Shown piece after piece: positions 9,531 to 19,630 of a stretch of DNA of 64,000 bases. This DNA is from an uncultured Gammaproteobacteria bacterium. Lineage in GTDB: Bacteria; Pseudomonadota; Gammaproteobacteria; JAURND01. The stretch is from NCBI GenBank assembly GCA_963714975.1, contig CAVQQD010000003.1:263670-327669 (forward strand). Reading direction: 5' to 3'. Every line of letters starts with the position of its first letter. Position 1 is the first letter of the stretch. The notes under the pieces are model-generated. The model was not told the origin of the DNA, did not search any database, and saw nothing but the letters and a program-made list of their open reading frames with translations. Both the position numbers and the translations under genes were made by a program.

Positions 9531-12011
9531 TTAAACTACAACATTCACCAACTTTTTTGGCACTACGATAATTTTCTTCGGGGATTTTCCTTGAAGATGA
9601 ATTTTAATAGTGGGGTCTTCCAATACTGCTTGTTCAATTTCAGTCGTTTCGGCGCCAGCTGGTACGGTGATATTGCCACGTAACTTGCCGTTGATTTGTA
9701 CTACGAGAACCTGTGAATCAGTTTTCAGGGCTTTGCTGTCTACTTTGGGCCAGGAGGTTTCCATAATATCTTCCCCAAAGCCCAGTATTTGCCAGAGATG
9801 ATGAGTAATGTGCGGAGTAATGGGAGCCAAAATACGTAATAAGATGCTGCCTCCCTCAGTAATAATTGGGATGGCAGAGGTTGAGTTAGTCGGAATTTTG
9901 CTTAATAAATTCAACAATTTCATGGCTGCGGACACGATAGTGTTCAGCTGCAGGCGTTCCATGTCTTGAGTGGCTTGCTGCAAAATTTCATGGATTTCTT
10001 TGCGCCACTGTTTTTGTTCTGGGCTCAATAATTTATTGTCGATTTCTTTCCCTTGCTCTAGCCATTGTAATAAATTAGGTTTGATTTGCTCAGCCCAACT
10101 CCAAAGACGTTTGAGAAAGCGAAAAGCCCCTTCCACGCCGCTATCTGACCATTCCAATGATTGCTCAGGTGGAGAGGCAAAAATAGTAAACAGACGAACC
10201 GTGTCCGCCCCATATTGATCCATTAATTGCGTTGGGGAGACGGTGTTGCCTTTTGATTTAGACATTTTTGTGCCGTCTTTGAGCACCATTCCTTGCGTTA
10301 GCAAATTTTTAAACGGCTCATTGCCATTGACGAGTCCTTCATCACGCAATATTTTGTAAATAAACCGAGCATATAAAAGGTGTAATACGGCATGTTCTAC
10401 TCCCCCAATGTATTGATCGACTGGCATCCAATAGCGAACCCGATCATCCAGCATTGATTTATATTGATCTGGGCAAGTGTAGCGGCTGTAATACCAAGAA
10501 GATTCGATGAAGGTATCAAAAGTGTCTGTTTCACGTTGTGCTGGTCCACCGCATTGTGGGCAGGAGGTTTGATAAAAATCGCTTAAGGATTTCAAAGGAG
10601 AAGTGGCTGCTTCAGGCACAATATCCTGGGGTAATATGACCGGTAAATCCTTGTCTGGAACGGCTTGGGCTCCACAGGCCTCGCAATAAATAATGGGAAT
10701 GGGGGCTCCCCAGTAACGTTGCCGAGAGATTCCCCAATCTCGTAGTCGATAATGGATTCGTGGCTGCCCTGATTCCTGTTGCAGTAAATAGTCGGTAATG
10801 ACTTGGCAAGCTTGTTCTGAGGTTAGGCCATCAAATTGTGCGGAATTGATTAAAACTCCATCACCTGTGAATGCTTGCTGCTTGAAGTCCCAAGGAGTCT
10901 GATGCGGTGGCGTCATCACTACCTGGATCGGTAGATGATATTTTTGCGCAAATTCGAAATCACGTTCGTCATGGGCTGGCACGGCCATCACGGCGCCAGA
11001 GCCATATTCCATCAGCACATAGTTAGCAATCCAGATCGGAATCGCTTGTTGGGTAATAGGATGCAAGACATGCAAGCCGCTGGCGATGCCTTGTTTTTCT
11101 ACGGTGGCTAATGTGGCTTCGGCCACTTTGAGATGATGACATCGTGCTAGAAATGTGGCTATTTGTTCATTGTGACGTGCAGCAAGTTTAGCTAGAGGAT
11201 GTTCGGGTGCAATTGCTAAGTAAGTCACCCCCATCAAGGTATCCGGGCGAGTAGTATAGACGGTGATCTTTTTCTCATTGGGCAGGGAGTCAATATGTTG
11301 TTCCATGACCGTAAAGAAAATTTCTGTTCCCTGGGAACGGCCAATCCAATTTTCCTGCATGGTTCGTACTTGACTTGGCCAACCGTTAAGCTCACTCAAG
11401 TCATTGAGCAATTCATCCGCATAAGCCGTTATTTTTAGAAACCATTGCGGTATTTCTCGCCGCTCCACTAGGGCTCCAGAACGCCAGCCACGCCCATCAA
11501 TCACTTGTTCATTGGCGAGTACGGTATTATCCACGGGATCCCAATTGACCACGGAATTTTTTCGATAAGCCAGACCCTTTTTAAATAACCGGGTAAACAG
11601 CCATTGCTCCCAGCGATAATAATCAGGATCACACGTAGTGATTTCACGGCGCCAGTCGATGGCATAGCCCAGTCGTTTGAGTTGACTGCGCATGTCTGCA
11701 ATATTTTGGTGAGTCCATTTCGAAGGTGCGACCCGATTTTTTAGTGCCGCGTTTTCTGCGGGTAAGCCAAAGGCATCCCATCCCATGGGTTGTAAGACGT
11801 TTTTACCGCGCATCCGTTGGAAGCGAGCAATCACGTCGCCAATAGTGTAGTTACGTACATGCCCCATGTGTAACTCCCCGCTAGGATAGGGCAGCATGGA
11901 AAGACAATAAAATTTTTCTTTGGTGAAATCTTCTTTGACGCTAAACGATTGGTTGGCTTCCCAATATTGCTGCGCTTCTTGTTCAATCAGACTGGGGTTA
12001 TATGTTTGCAT
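9531..12011 (-). CDS. leuS: Leucine--tRNA ligase
   Basis: HMGH (HIGH-class) motif, KMSKS motif, 826-aa class I aaRS. Start set at [18 protein letters not shown] rather than the upstream in-frame ORF extension. Confidence 0.93.
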   Translation of the reverse strand: MQTYNPSLIEQEAQQYWEANQSFSVKEDFTKEKFYCLSMLPYPSGELHMGHVRNYTIGDVIARFQRMRGKNVLQPMGWDAFGLPAENAALKNRVAPSKWTHQNIADMRSQLKRLGYAIDWRREITTCDPDYYRWEQWLFTRLFKKGLAYRKNSVVNWDPVDNTVLANEQVIDGRGWRSGALVERREIPQWFLKITAYADELLNDLSELNGWPSQVRTMQENWIGRSQGTEIFFTVMEQHIDSLPNEKKITVYTTRPDTLMGVTYLAIAPEHPLAKLAARHNEQIATFLARCHHLKVAEATLATVEKQGIASGLHVLHPITQQAIPIWIANYVLMEYGSGAVMAVPAHDERDFEFAQKYHLPIQVVMTPPHQTPWDFKQQAFTGDGVLINSAQFDGLTSEQACQVITDYLLQQESGQPRIHYRLRDWGISRQRYWGAPIPIIYCEACGAQAVPDKDLPVILPQDIVPEAATSPLKSLSDFYQTSCPQCGGPAQRETDTFDTFIESSWYYSRYTCPDQYKSMLDDRVRYWMPVDQYIGGVEHAVLHLLYARFIYKILRDEGLVNGNEPFKNLLTQGMVLKDGTKMSKSKGNTVSPTQLMDQYGADTVRLFTIFASPPEQSLEWSDSGVEGAFRFLKRLWSWAEQIKPNLLQWLEQGKEIDNKLLSPEQKQWRKEIHEILQQATQDMERLQLNTIVSAAMKLLNLLSKIPTNSTSAIPIITEGGSILLRILAPITPHITHHLWQILGFGEDIMETSWPKVDSKALKTDSQVLVVQINGKLRGNITVPAGAETTEIEQAVLEDPTIKIHLQGKSPKKIIVVPKKLVNVVV

Positions 12012-12092
12012 TTTTAGTAGTATACTTGCTTTTAATTTAAAGCGTCTTGCCGGCATAAATGCCAGGGCCCTTCCGTAAATTGTCACATTGTA

Positions 12093-13343
12093 ATGTTTAT
12101 GTCAAATCAAAGTTCAGTTAGTTTATTTCCAGTGTTGTCAGCCAAGATGCTGCTACCGCACGCGAAGTACCGCATTTTTTTTGAAAAGCTCAAAAAGAAT
12201 TGTGGGTTAAGTGGCGATCAATTTTCTTTACTGTATCAGTCGTTAGTTGAAGCATTTGTAGAATTTGTGCAGGCTCTCCCTACGACGGCAGGTGGTAAAC
12301 CCGGTGGTCTGATGAAGGAGGGGTTGGAGCGAGCGCAATTAGCGTTCCATTATTATTGGACAGAAGCAAGAGGGGATGATCCGCTTTATGCCTATATGGT
12401 CTTTTCTGCAGCATTGTTGCTGGATATAGGCAAGGTAGTCAGTCAGCAAAAAGTGGCGGTCTCTGACCAGCAAGGATTTTTTATTGAGGAGTGGATCCCT
12501 TACACTGGTTCATTATTAGAACATGCTAATTATTATAAATTGCGTTTTTTGGATGATCGTTGGGTGGACTTGGGGAAACATGTTGCTTTGTTGTTGGCAA
12601 AGCAATTGATGCCGGAGTTGGGTTTTTTGTGGCTTTCACAGAATTATGCTTTCTTGCAGATGTGGTTGGGAGTTTTATCAGGAGAAGAGGGCAGTGAGCG
12701 CAATCCGCTTTCTATGTTGCTACAGTTGATTAAGCAACGACCATTAGCAGGCCAGGGGCTAGAAGAGCTGCCTTTATTAGCCATTGAACCTGTCCATGCA
12801 GAGGAATCAGAGTTGGGAGAAAGATTTTTGGCTTGGCTTAGTGAAGGTTTGCAAGATAACAAACTAGCCTACAATGAAGCTGAGGCAGCAATTCACGGGC
12901 TGAAGCAAAATGAGATTTTCCTAGAATGGCCTAAAGTAGCAAAACTCTTTGATCAAAGGGTTGATGCAGCTGTTTTACAACGCCAATTAAATTATTTAGG
13001 ATTCACCAAATTAAGTGGGGGTGATTACAAGTTTGAGAAATATTTCGCTAAGTATCCAGACGCCTTATCTGCTGAGCGAGCGATTACCTTCCTAGGGCAA
13101 AAGCCGGCAGCTATTCCGTTCAAACCGGGGTTGCCGATGATTCGGGAAGGATTGGTGTTGAACGAACGAATAAACTCGATGTTAAATATTCAGGTAGTTC
13201 CTTCAATACTGTTGCCAGTGGAGGCAGCTGCAGCAAGGCCGGTCGTCATCAATTCTGTTGAAGTTTTAGAGAATTTAGCTGCTAAGAATAAGAATACCAG
13301 TCGCTTGGTATTGGATTATCCGAAGGCATTGCCGCCTTCTTAA
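12093..13343 (+). CDS. Hypothetical protein (416 aa); no confident domain assignment
   Basis: Long ORF divergent from leuS. Weak resemblance of [23 protein letters not shown] to the MobH/TraI_2 N-terminal motif, but without the His residues. Confidence 0.4.
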   Translation: MFMSNQSSVSLFPVLSAKMLLPHAKYRIFFEKLKKNCGLSGDQFSLLYQSLVEAFVEFVQALPTTAGGKPGGLMKEGLERAQLAFHYYWTEARGDDPLYAYMVFSAALLLDIGKVVSQQKVAVSDQQGFFIEEWIPYTGSLLEHANYYKLRFLDDRWVDLGKHVALLLAKQLMPELGFLWLSQNYAFLQMWLGVLSGEEGSERNPLSMLLQLIKQRPLAGQGLEELPLLAIEPVHAEESELGERFLAWLSEGLQDNKLAYNEAEAAIHGLKQNEIFLEWPKVAKLFDQRVDAAVLQRQLNYLGFTKLSGGDYKFEKYFAKYPDALSAERAITFLGQKPAAIPFKPGLPMIREGLVLNERINSMLNIQVVPSILLPVEAAAARPVVINSVEVLENLAAKNKNTSRLVLDYPKALPPS

Positions 13344-13513
13344 AAAAACATATGGCCTAGCTTTCGCAACGAAATATCTGAAAAATGCTCATGTACTAGC
13401 ATGTACACTCCGCTTTTTCATCCATTTCGTTGCTTCAACCTAGGCTCATAGCTGCCTGTTTTTGCCAACTTTGGCAATGTCGTGAATAGTTATTATCACA
13501 GAAGGCTGGAACT

Positions 13514-14188
13514 TTAATTTCGATTCCCGGAAAACATCCCGAGAATATTGAGTAAGCTCACAAATAAATTAAATAAAGCCACATAAATGGAAATAGTGGC
13601 CATAATATAGTTTCTTTCTCCACCGTGAACAATTTGACTGGTATGGAACAAAATAAGTCCAGAAGACAATAGTGCAAACACTCCAGAGATGATTACCTGA
13701 AACATAGGTAAGTTAAATACCAAACCAGCGATGCTGGCAATAAAGGCAATCATGATACCAGCAAACAAAATTCCGCCCATGAAGCTAAAGTCTTTACGAG
13801 TGACTAAAACATAGGCGGAGAGTGTGAAAAATATAAAGCCTGTAGCCCCCAAAGCGGTCATGATAATTTGACTGCCATTGGCAAAGCTATGGAGAAAGAC
13901 ATTTAGGATGGGTCCCAGGGCATATCCCATAAAACCCGTAAAGGCAAAAGCAGCTAATATTCCCCAGGCACTATTCCGTAGGGTAGATACGAGGAAAGAT
14001 AAGCCAAACATGCCGGCTAAAAACAATAAAATTCCAGGCCCTTTAGCATTCGTTGCTAACGCAAAAAAAGCAGTTATGGCGCTGAAAATTAAGGTTAAAC
14101 TGAGTAGGAAATACGTATTTCGGATGACTGCATTGCTGGCTAAAGCAGCTTCTTTTGATTTTATGAGGGCAGGTTGATTAAATGACAT
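13514..14188 (-). CDS. Bax-inhibitor-1/YccA family inner-membrane protein
   Basis: 224 aa, about 7 TM helices; N-terminal region and overall architecture typical of BI-1/YccA. Confidence 0.75.
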   Translation of the reverse strand: MSFNQPALIKSKEAALASNAVIRNTYFLLSLTLIFSAITAFFALATNAKGPGILLFLAGMFGLSFLVSTLRNSAWGILAAFAFTGFMGYALGPILNVFLHSFANGSQIIMTALGATGFIFFTLSAYVLVTRKDFSFMGGILFAGIMIAFIASIAGLVFNLPMFQVIISGVFALLSSGLILFHTSQIVHGGERNYIMATISIYVALFNLFVSLLNILGMFSGNRN

Positions 14189-14294
14189 AAATTTTAATTG
14201 CTCCGTAAGTTTGAAAACGATGTCGGGATTATAACATAATCCGGGGACTGTTTACAATTCGAAAAATCCTCCCTCGGCATTATGCCTTCTCCCC

Positions 14295-14345
14295 TTGTGG
14301 GAGAAGGTGGCCGCAGGCCGGATGAGGGGAAGGGGATTGGAAGAA
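14295..14345. repeat. Short palindromic repeat element (ccttctccccttgtgggagaagg + ggtggccgcaggccggatgagggg)
   Basis: Same unit recurs at 51737..51790 and, inverted, at 58600..58650. Confidence 0.6.
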
Positions 14346-14391
14346 AGGTTTCTTATGGAAATAACGTGTTGTATACTCTGTTACGGGATTG

Positions 14392-14481
14392 GGAGAGGTG
14401 GCTGAGCGGTTGAAAGCGGCGGTCTTGAAAACCGTTGAGGGGTAACCCCCTCCCAGGGTTCGAATCCCTGCTTCTCCGCCA
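14392..14481 (+). tRNA. tRNA-Ser (anticodon TGA)
   Basis: Cloverleaf: acceptor ggagagg / ccttctcc-g-CCA, anticodon loop cTTGAaa, long variable arm, T-loop ttcgaat. Confidence 0.9.
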
Positions 14482-14513
14482 TAAATGGGATGTTTAATTA
14501 AAAAGGCCTTTAC

Positions 14514-15176
14514 GTGTTATCAGAAATTCGTGTTTTTTTAGTCGATGATCATGATTTGGTTCGTAGCGGCATAAAACGAATCCTTTCTGGCACATCCGAT
14601 ATTCAGGTGATTGGGGAAGCTAGTTCGGGGGAAGAAGCACTAGCCCGCATTTCAGAGCTAAAACCCAATATTGTGTTAATGGACCTTAAAATGCCCGTCA
14701 TGGATGGGATAGAAACAGCCAAAGCCTTGATAGGCGATGACCCAAATCTTAAGGTGTTAATTGTCAGTGTCTGCTTGGATGAAAAGTTACTCTCAAAAAT
14801 TTTTCAGATAGGCGCCAGTGGCTTTGTCACCAAAAGCAGCAGTGCTGATGAAATGGTGAAGGCGATCCGCCTGGTAACTCGAGGCCAACGTTATGTCAGT
14901 CCTGCTTTTGTGCAGCAATTGTCTTTAAGAAGCAATCATTGTGAAGCAGTTCAGACCTCTTTTGACGTTTTGTCAGAGCGTGAGCTGCAGGTGGCGTTAA
15001 TGATCATTGAGGGGCAAACCATTCAATTAATCTCGAAAAGACTGGGTATTAATCGCAAAACTATTAATAGCTATCGTAGTCGTACTTTTCAAAAATTAGA
15101 TGTGAAAAATGATATTGAGCTTACCTTGCTTGCTATTCGACAAGGGCTAGTCAGTAGTTTAGTGACTGAGTATTAA
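14514..15176 (+). CDS. uvrY: Two-component response regulator, NarL/FixJ (LuxR-type HTH) family; UvrY/GacA ortholog
   Basis: REC domain (VFLVDDHDLVRSGIKRIL...MDLKMP) plus C-terminal LuxR HTH; immediately upstream of uvrC as in E. coli uvrY-uvrC. Confidence 0.85.
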   Translation: MLSEIRVFLVDDHDLVRSGIKRILSGTSDIQVIGEASSGEEALARISELKPNIVLMDLKMPVMDGIETAKALIGDDPNLKVLIVSVCLDEKLLSKIFQIGASGFVTKSSSADEMVKAIRLVTRGQRYVSPAFVQQLSLRSNHCEAVQTSFDVLSERELQVALMIIEGQTIQLISKRLGINRKTINSYRSRTFQKLDVKNDIELTLLAIRQGLVSSLVTEY

Positions 15177-15197
15177 TATTTAGACCGCGCCCGTGCT

Positions 15198-17027
15198 TTG
15201 TTTCTTATGAACTTCGATGCTAAATCTTTTCTTGAAAGCTTAACCACGAAGCCTGGCGTTTATCAAATGTTAAATGCCCAAGCTGAGGTTCTGTATGTTG
15301 GTAAAGCCCGTAATTTAAAAGACCGCGTAAGCAGTTATTTTCGCGCTAATTTGCTAGACCCTAAAACTACGGCGCTAGTGCAGCAAATTCACCACATCGA
15401 AATTACCATCACTCGTAATGAAAATGAGGCATTGTTGCTGGAGAGCAATTTAATCAAACAGTTGCATCCAAAATATAATATTCTTTTGCGTGATGATAAA
15501 TCCTATCCTTACCTGTTTCTTTCGGCGCATCCAGATTTCCCGCGACTCAATTTTCATCGTGGTCCTCAGCGCGAAAAGGGGGAGTATTTTGGGCCTTATC
15601 CAAGTGCTGGGGCGGTTCGCGAAACCCTCGATTTATTACAAAAATTATTTAAAATCCGCCAGTGCAGCGATCTGTTCTTCAAAAGTCGCACCCGGCCCTG
15701 CCTGCAATATCAAATTAAACGTTGTACCGCACCTTGTGTGGGCTATATGCAACCTGCCGAGTACCAAATCGATGTCCAACATGCGCGGTTATTTTTGCAG
15801 GGCAAAAATGAAATCGTGATTCAGGACTTGCTGGATCATATGGAATCGGCTGCCAAGCGGCTGGCCTTTGAACAAGCAGCACATTATCGTGATTTAGTGC
15901 GACGGTTACGTGATATTCAATCCCGACAATATATTACCGGTAAGACAGGGGATATCGATGTTATCGCCTTAGTAAGTCGAAGCAATATGCTATGTATTGA
16001 GGTTATGAGTATTCGTGCTGGGCGTTTGCTGGGTGATAAATCCTATTTTCCTAAAGCGCCATTACAGGTCAACGAAGCAGAAGTTTTGTTTGCTTTTTTA
16101 CCGCAATATTATTTAAGCAGTAGCCGAGGTAGCTCTTTCCCGCAGCAAATCTTGGTGAATTATCCCTTACCCGAAAAGCACTGGGTGGAGGCGGCGCTGG
16201 CGGAGCAGTTAGGAAGCGCGATGCAAATTTTGCTGCCCAAGCGAGGGAAAACCCAACAATGGATGCGCCTGGCCTTGCTCAATGCCCAACAGGCCTTAAC
16301 CACGCATCTGAGTAAGCAATTGGATTACTATCAATGGTTAGAGGCGTTGCAAGCGGAATTTAATTTGCCGAATCTTCCGCAACGATTGGAATGTTTTGAC
16401 ATTAGTCATACCATGGGTGAGGCGACTGTGGCTTCTTGTGTGGTGTTTGACATGGAGGGTCCTGTTAAAACCGAATATCGTCGCTTTAATATTAAGGGGA
16501 TTACTCCTGGCGATGATTATGGGGCGATGCAACAAGCCTTAACTCGTCATTACACCCGTTTGAAGGGGGAGGGAGCCCCCTTGCCCGATATGTTATTGAT
16601 TGATGGAGGTAGGGGCCAGCTAGCGAAGGCAGAAGCAGTGTTGGAGGAGCTGCAAGTCACAGGGATTATCTTGCTAGGCGTCGCTAAAGGCGAGGGTCGC
16701 AAGCCGGGCCGGGAAAAATTGTTTCGTTCTGGCAGCACCTTACCGATTATATTGCGTCCTGATTCGATGGCCTTGCATTTGATTCAACGCATTCGTGATG
16801 AGGCACATCGCTTCGCTATTGCCGGACATCGTCAGCAGCGTACTAAAGCGCGTGCTACTTCGCCCTTGGAGTCAATACCCAATGTCGGGCCCAAACGGCG
16901 TCGTGAATTACTGCGCCATTTTGGTGGGCTGCAGGGGGTCATGCGCGCGAGTGTTGAGGAATTGGCAAAGGCGCCACAAATCAGTGTCGACTTAGCAAAG
17001 CGAATCTATGAGTTTTTACATGGTTGA
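15198..17027 (+). CDS. uvrC: Excinuclease ABC subunit C
   Basis: GIY-YIG N-terminal (PGVYQMLNAQAEVLYVGKARNLKDRVSSYF), UvrC RNaseH-like and C-terminal HhH domains; 609 aa. Confidence 0.95.
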   Translation: MFLMNFDAKSFLESLTTKPGVYQMLNAQAEVLYVGKARNLKDRVSSYFRANLLDPKTTALVQQIHHIEITITRNENEALLLESNLIKQLHPKYNILLRDDKSYPYLFLSAHPDFPRLNFHRGPQREKGEYFGPYPSAGAVRETLDLLQKLFKIRQCSDLFFKSRTRPCLQYQIKRCTAPCVGYMQPAEYQIDVQHARLFLQGKNEIVIQDLLDHMESAAKRLAFEQAAHYRDLVRRLRDIQSRQYITGKTGDIDVIALVSRSNMLCIEVMSIRAGRLLGDKSYFPKAPLQVNEAEVLFAFLPQYYLSSSRGSSFPQQILVNYPLPEKHWVEAALAEQLGSAMQILLPKRGKTQQWMRLALLNAQQALTTHLSKQLDYYQWLEALQAEFNLPNLPQRLECFDISHTMGEATVASCVVFDMEGPVKTEYRRFNIKGITPGDDYGAMQQALTRHYTRLKGEGAPLPDMLLIDGGRGQLAKAEAVLEELQVTGIILLGVAKGEGRKPGREKLFRSGSTLPIILRPDSMALHLIQRIRDEAHRFAIAGHRQQRTKARATSPLESIPNVGPKRRRELLRHFGGLQGVMRASVEELAKAPQISVDLAKRIYEFLHG

Positions 17028-17028
17028 G

Positions 17029-17165
17029 GAGACCCCCTCTCCCCACCCGAGCGCTAGCGAGGGAAGGTGGGAGAGGGTTGGGGAGAGGGGGTCTTATTCC
17101 CCCTTTGTCCTTCGGGAGGCCCCGTTCGTTCTGAGGAGCGAAGCATCTCGAAGGACACGGCCTCC
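17029..17165. repeat. GC-rich palindromic repeat (ccctctcc..gagcgctagcgagggaaggtgggagaggg family) followed by an extended ctgaggag/ctcctcag hairpin
   Basis: Related copy at 58545..58600; contains a gagcgaagc segment shared with 27893 and 59160. Confidence 0.5.
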
Positions 17166-17221
17166 TCAGGATGAAATTCCGTCTTCCATGGCGGATAGAA
17201 TCTTGTATAATGTCCTCCATG

Positions 17222-17779
17222 ACCATACCCAATATCCTCACAGTATCTCGTATTATTTTAATTCCCATTTTCGTGGTGGTGTATTTTTTGCCGGTCACCT
17301 GGGCGCATTTTGGGGCGGCCTGCTTATTTGCTATTTGTGCTGTCACCGATTGGTTAGATGGGTTTTTAGCCCGTAATTTAAAACAAGACACTCGTTTTGG
17401 CTCTTTTTTGGATCCGGTGGCAGATAAATTAGCGGTGGCAACTGCGTTAGTGTTAGTGGTGGGCGAAATGGGTGCGATTTATATCACTATTCCTGCGGCT
17501 ATTATTGTGGGTCGAGAAATTGTGATTTCAGGGTTACGTGAATGGATGGCGGAAATTGGCAAGCGCACTAGTGTTGCAGTGACCTGGGTGGCGAAAATTA
17601 AAACCGTTTTGCAAATGTTGGCCTTAATTTTGCTCTTACTGTACCAGCCGGGGGTTGTGGTCATTGAGGTGTTAGGGCTGATACTACTGTACGTAGCGGT
17701 GTTGCTCACCCTTTGGTCGATGGTTATGTATCTAAAAGCGGCCTGGCCGGACTTGACTTTGTCAACAAATAAAGAATAA
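17222..17779 (+). CDS. pgsA: CDP-diacylglycerol--glycerol-3-phosphate 3-phosphatidyltransferase
   Basis: MTIPNILTVSRIILIPIFVVVYFLP matches the PgsA N-terminus; CDP-alcohol phosphatidyltransferase motif D..AR....G...D...D; uvrC-pgsA-glyW synteny. Confidence 0.9.
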   Translation, partial: TIPNILTVSRIILIPIFVVVYFLPVTWAHFGAACLFAICAVTDWLDGFLARNLKQDTRFGSFLDPVADKLAVATALVLVVGEMGAIYITIPAAIIVGREIVISGLREWMAEIGKRTSVAVTWVAKIKTVLQMLALILLLLYQPGVVVIEVLGLILLYVAVLLTLWSMVMYLKAAWPDLTLSTNKE

Positions 17780-17805
17780 TAGCTTTCCTCTAAATGACTA
17801 ATAAT

Positions 17806-17900
17806 TCCTTCTCCCTTCTCCCCTTGTGGGAGAAGATGGAAGGAGGTCCCCTCTCCCCCAACCGTTTTTGTTGGTGGGAGAGGGTTAGGGGGGGGTCTTA
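17806..17900. repeat. Composite palindromic repeat (cttctccccttgtgggagaag + ctctcccccaaccgtttttgttggtgggagag)
   Basis: Second unit recurs at 28855..28896. Confidence 0.55.
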
Positions 17901-17910
17901 ATTAATCACT

Positions 17911-17987
<77 letters not shown>

Positions 17988-18340
17988 GGTTTAAATTCCT
18001 CTTAAATAAGAGTCTACAGTAATTATTTCTCCAGGGATCTTTAATTCTTGTTCTGCGGCTTGCAAAGCCCGTAATTCTCGCTCATAAGTTTCTTTATCCT
18101 CCATATCCCAAACGACCTGCAATAATTTTCGTTGCTTGTTTTATTTTATAGCCCTGTGACGATTTCTTTAGCCCGTTTATTTAAATAGTTTCCTAAATTA
18201 AAGGAAACTATTTGGCAAATCTATCCTTGAGTTTAGGATTGGCGCTTTCGTAGCTTTCCGAAAGTCGGCTTAGAATGAAACTGTCTCTTTACAGAGAGAC
18301 AGATTTTATATAATCTGTCCTTCTCAATAAGGACAGATTT

Positions 18341-19630
18341 ATGAATAAGCTTATCCAAATACTGACAGAAGAATTTCAAACCCGGGTAAATACCTTTACA
18401 GATGGTGTAGAGCGAGATATTCATTTCCCTGAGATCCCGAATAAAGTGATGGTTGCTATTGGTATGAGGCGCACTGGGAAAACCTATTTACTTTGGCAAA
18501 TAATCACTAAATTATTGCAAACTACCCCTATTACACAGCTTTTGTACATTAATTTTGAAGATAATCGCTTGTTACCGATGAGTCAGGAAAAATTTAGTGA
18601 GTTACTCGATGCTTTTTATACACTTTATCCCGAGAACCATGAACGATTATGTTATTTTTTCCTCGATGAAATTCAAAACGTTACTGAATGGCAAACCGTA
18701 ATCCGTCGTTATCTCGATAGTAAAAAAGTAAAAATTTATCTCACGGGCTCATCCGCTAAATTGCTAAGCAAAGAAATTGCTAGTTCATTAAGGGGTCGTG
18801 CACTTGCAGCTGAAGTATGGCCTTTTAGTTTTAATGAATTTGCCCAAGCACGGCATTTTTCATATCCACATAAGCCCTGGGGGAAAAAAGCAGATGATCT
18901 TTTATTGGCTGAATTGAAAAATTATTTACTTTGTGGTGGATTTCCTGAAGTAACTTCTTTAGTAGAAGGGGCTCCGTTAGCCGAAGAAGATCGTCGGCGA
19001 ATTTTGCAAGATTATACTTCAGTTGTCATTTTTCGCGATATTATTGAGCGCCACAAGATTACTAATATTTCATTGGTGCATTACATGATTAAAACCTTAC
19101 TCAGGAATGCCAGTGGAAATTTTTCTGTGCACAAATTTTATAATGATTTAAAAAGCCAGGCATTTTCTGTCGGAAAGATGACTATTCATGATTACTTAAG
19201 CCATATTGAGGACGCCTATTTAGCCTTTATGGTACCTCTTTATTCGGAATCAGCACGCAAAGTGCAGACCAATCCTAGAAAAATTTATGTCATTGATAGC
19301 GGATTAATAAACGCGAACACCTTAAAATTCACCGCAGATTTAGGGCATTATTTTGAGAATCTCATTTATTTAGATTTACGTAGGGCAGGGCTCACTATTT
19401 ATTATTATCTCACGCAATCGCAACCAAGATTGGAAGTCGATTTTCTTACCCAGGATCCATTGGGAAAGATGCGTTTATTTCAGGTGTGTTGGAATATCCA
19501 AGATGCAAAAACCTTAGCACGAGAAACTACTGCCTTAAATGCTGCTGTAACAGAGTTGCAAGTACAGGGAGAACTCGTGACCCCAGAATCCTATTTCACC
19601 TCTTTCTTGCCAGGTGTGACTCGAAGATGA
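18341..19630 (+). CDS. AAA+ ATPase of the AAA_14/DUF4143 family
   Basis: Walker A GMRRTGKT, Walker B FFLDEIQ, DUF4143-like C-terminal half; 429 aa. Confidence 0.7.
   Translation: MNKLIQILTEEFQTRVNTFTDGVERDIHFPEIPNKVMVAIGMRRTGKTYLLWQIITKLLQTTPITQLLYINFEDNRLLPMSQEKFSELLDAFYTLYPENHERLCYFFLDEIQNVTEWQTVIRRYLDSKKVKIYLTGSSAKLLSKEIASSLRGRALAAEVWPFSFNEFAQARHFSYPHKPWGKKADDLLLAELKNYLLCGGFPEVTSLVEGAPLAEEDRRRILQDYTSVVIFRDIIERHKITNISLVHYMIKTLLRNASGNFSVHKFYNDLKSQAFSVGKMTIHDYLSHIEDAYLAFMVPLYSESARKVQTNPRKIYVIDSGLINANTLKFTADLGHYFENLIYLDLRRAGLTIYYYLTQSQPRLEVDFLTQDPLGKMRLFQVCWNIQDAKTLARETTALNAAVTELQVQGELVTPESYFTSFLPGVTRR

Noticed and set aside
12093-13343. Relaxase (MobH/TraI_2) call for the 416-aa protein
   Set aside because: Only a faint N-terminal resemblance; the conserved His residues are missing and there is no other conjugation gene nearby. 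Left as hypothetical.
18000-18130. Short minus-strand reading frame (~37 codons, MEDKETYERELRALQAAEQELKIPGEIITVDSYLRGI) just downstream of tRNA-Gly
   Set aside because: Too short for confident calling and no clear family match. Possibly a gene remnant at a tRNA-linked integration site, but unsupported.
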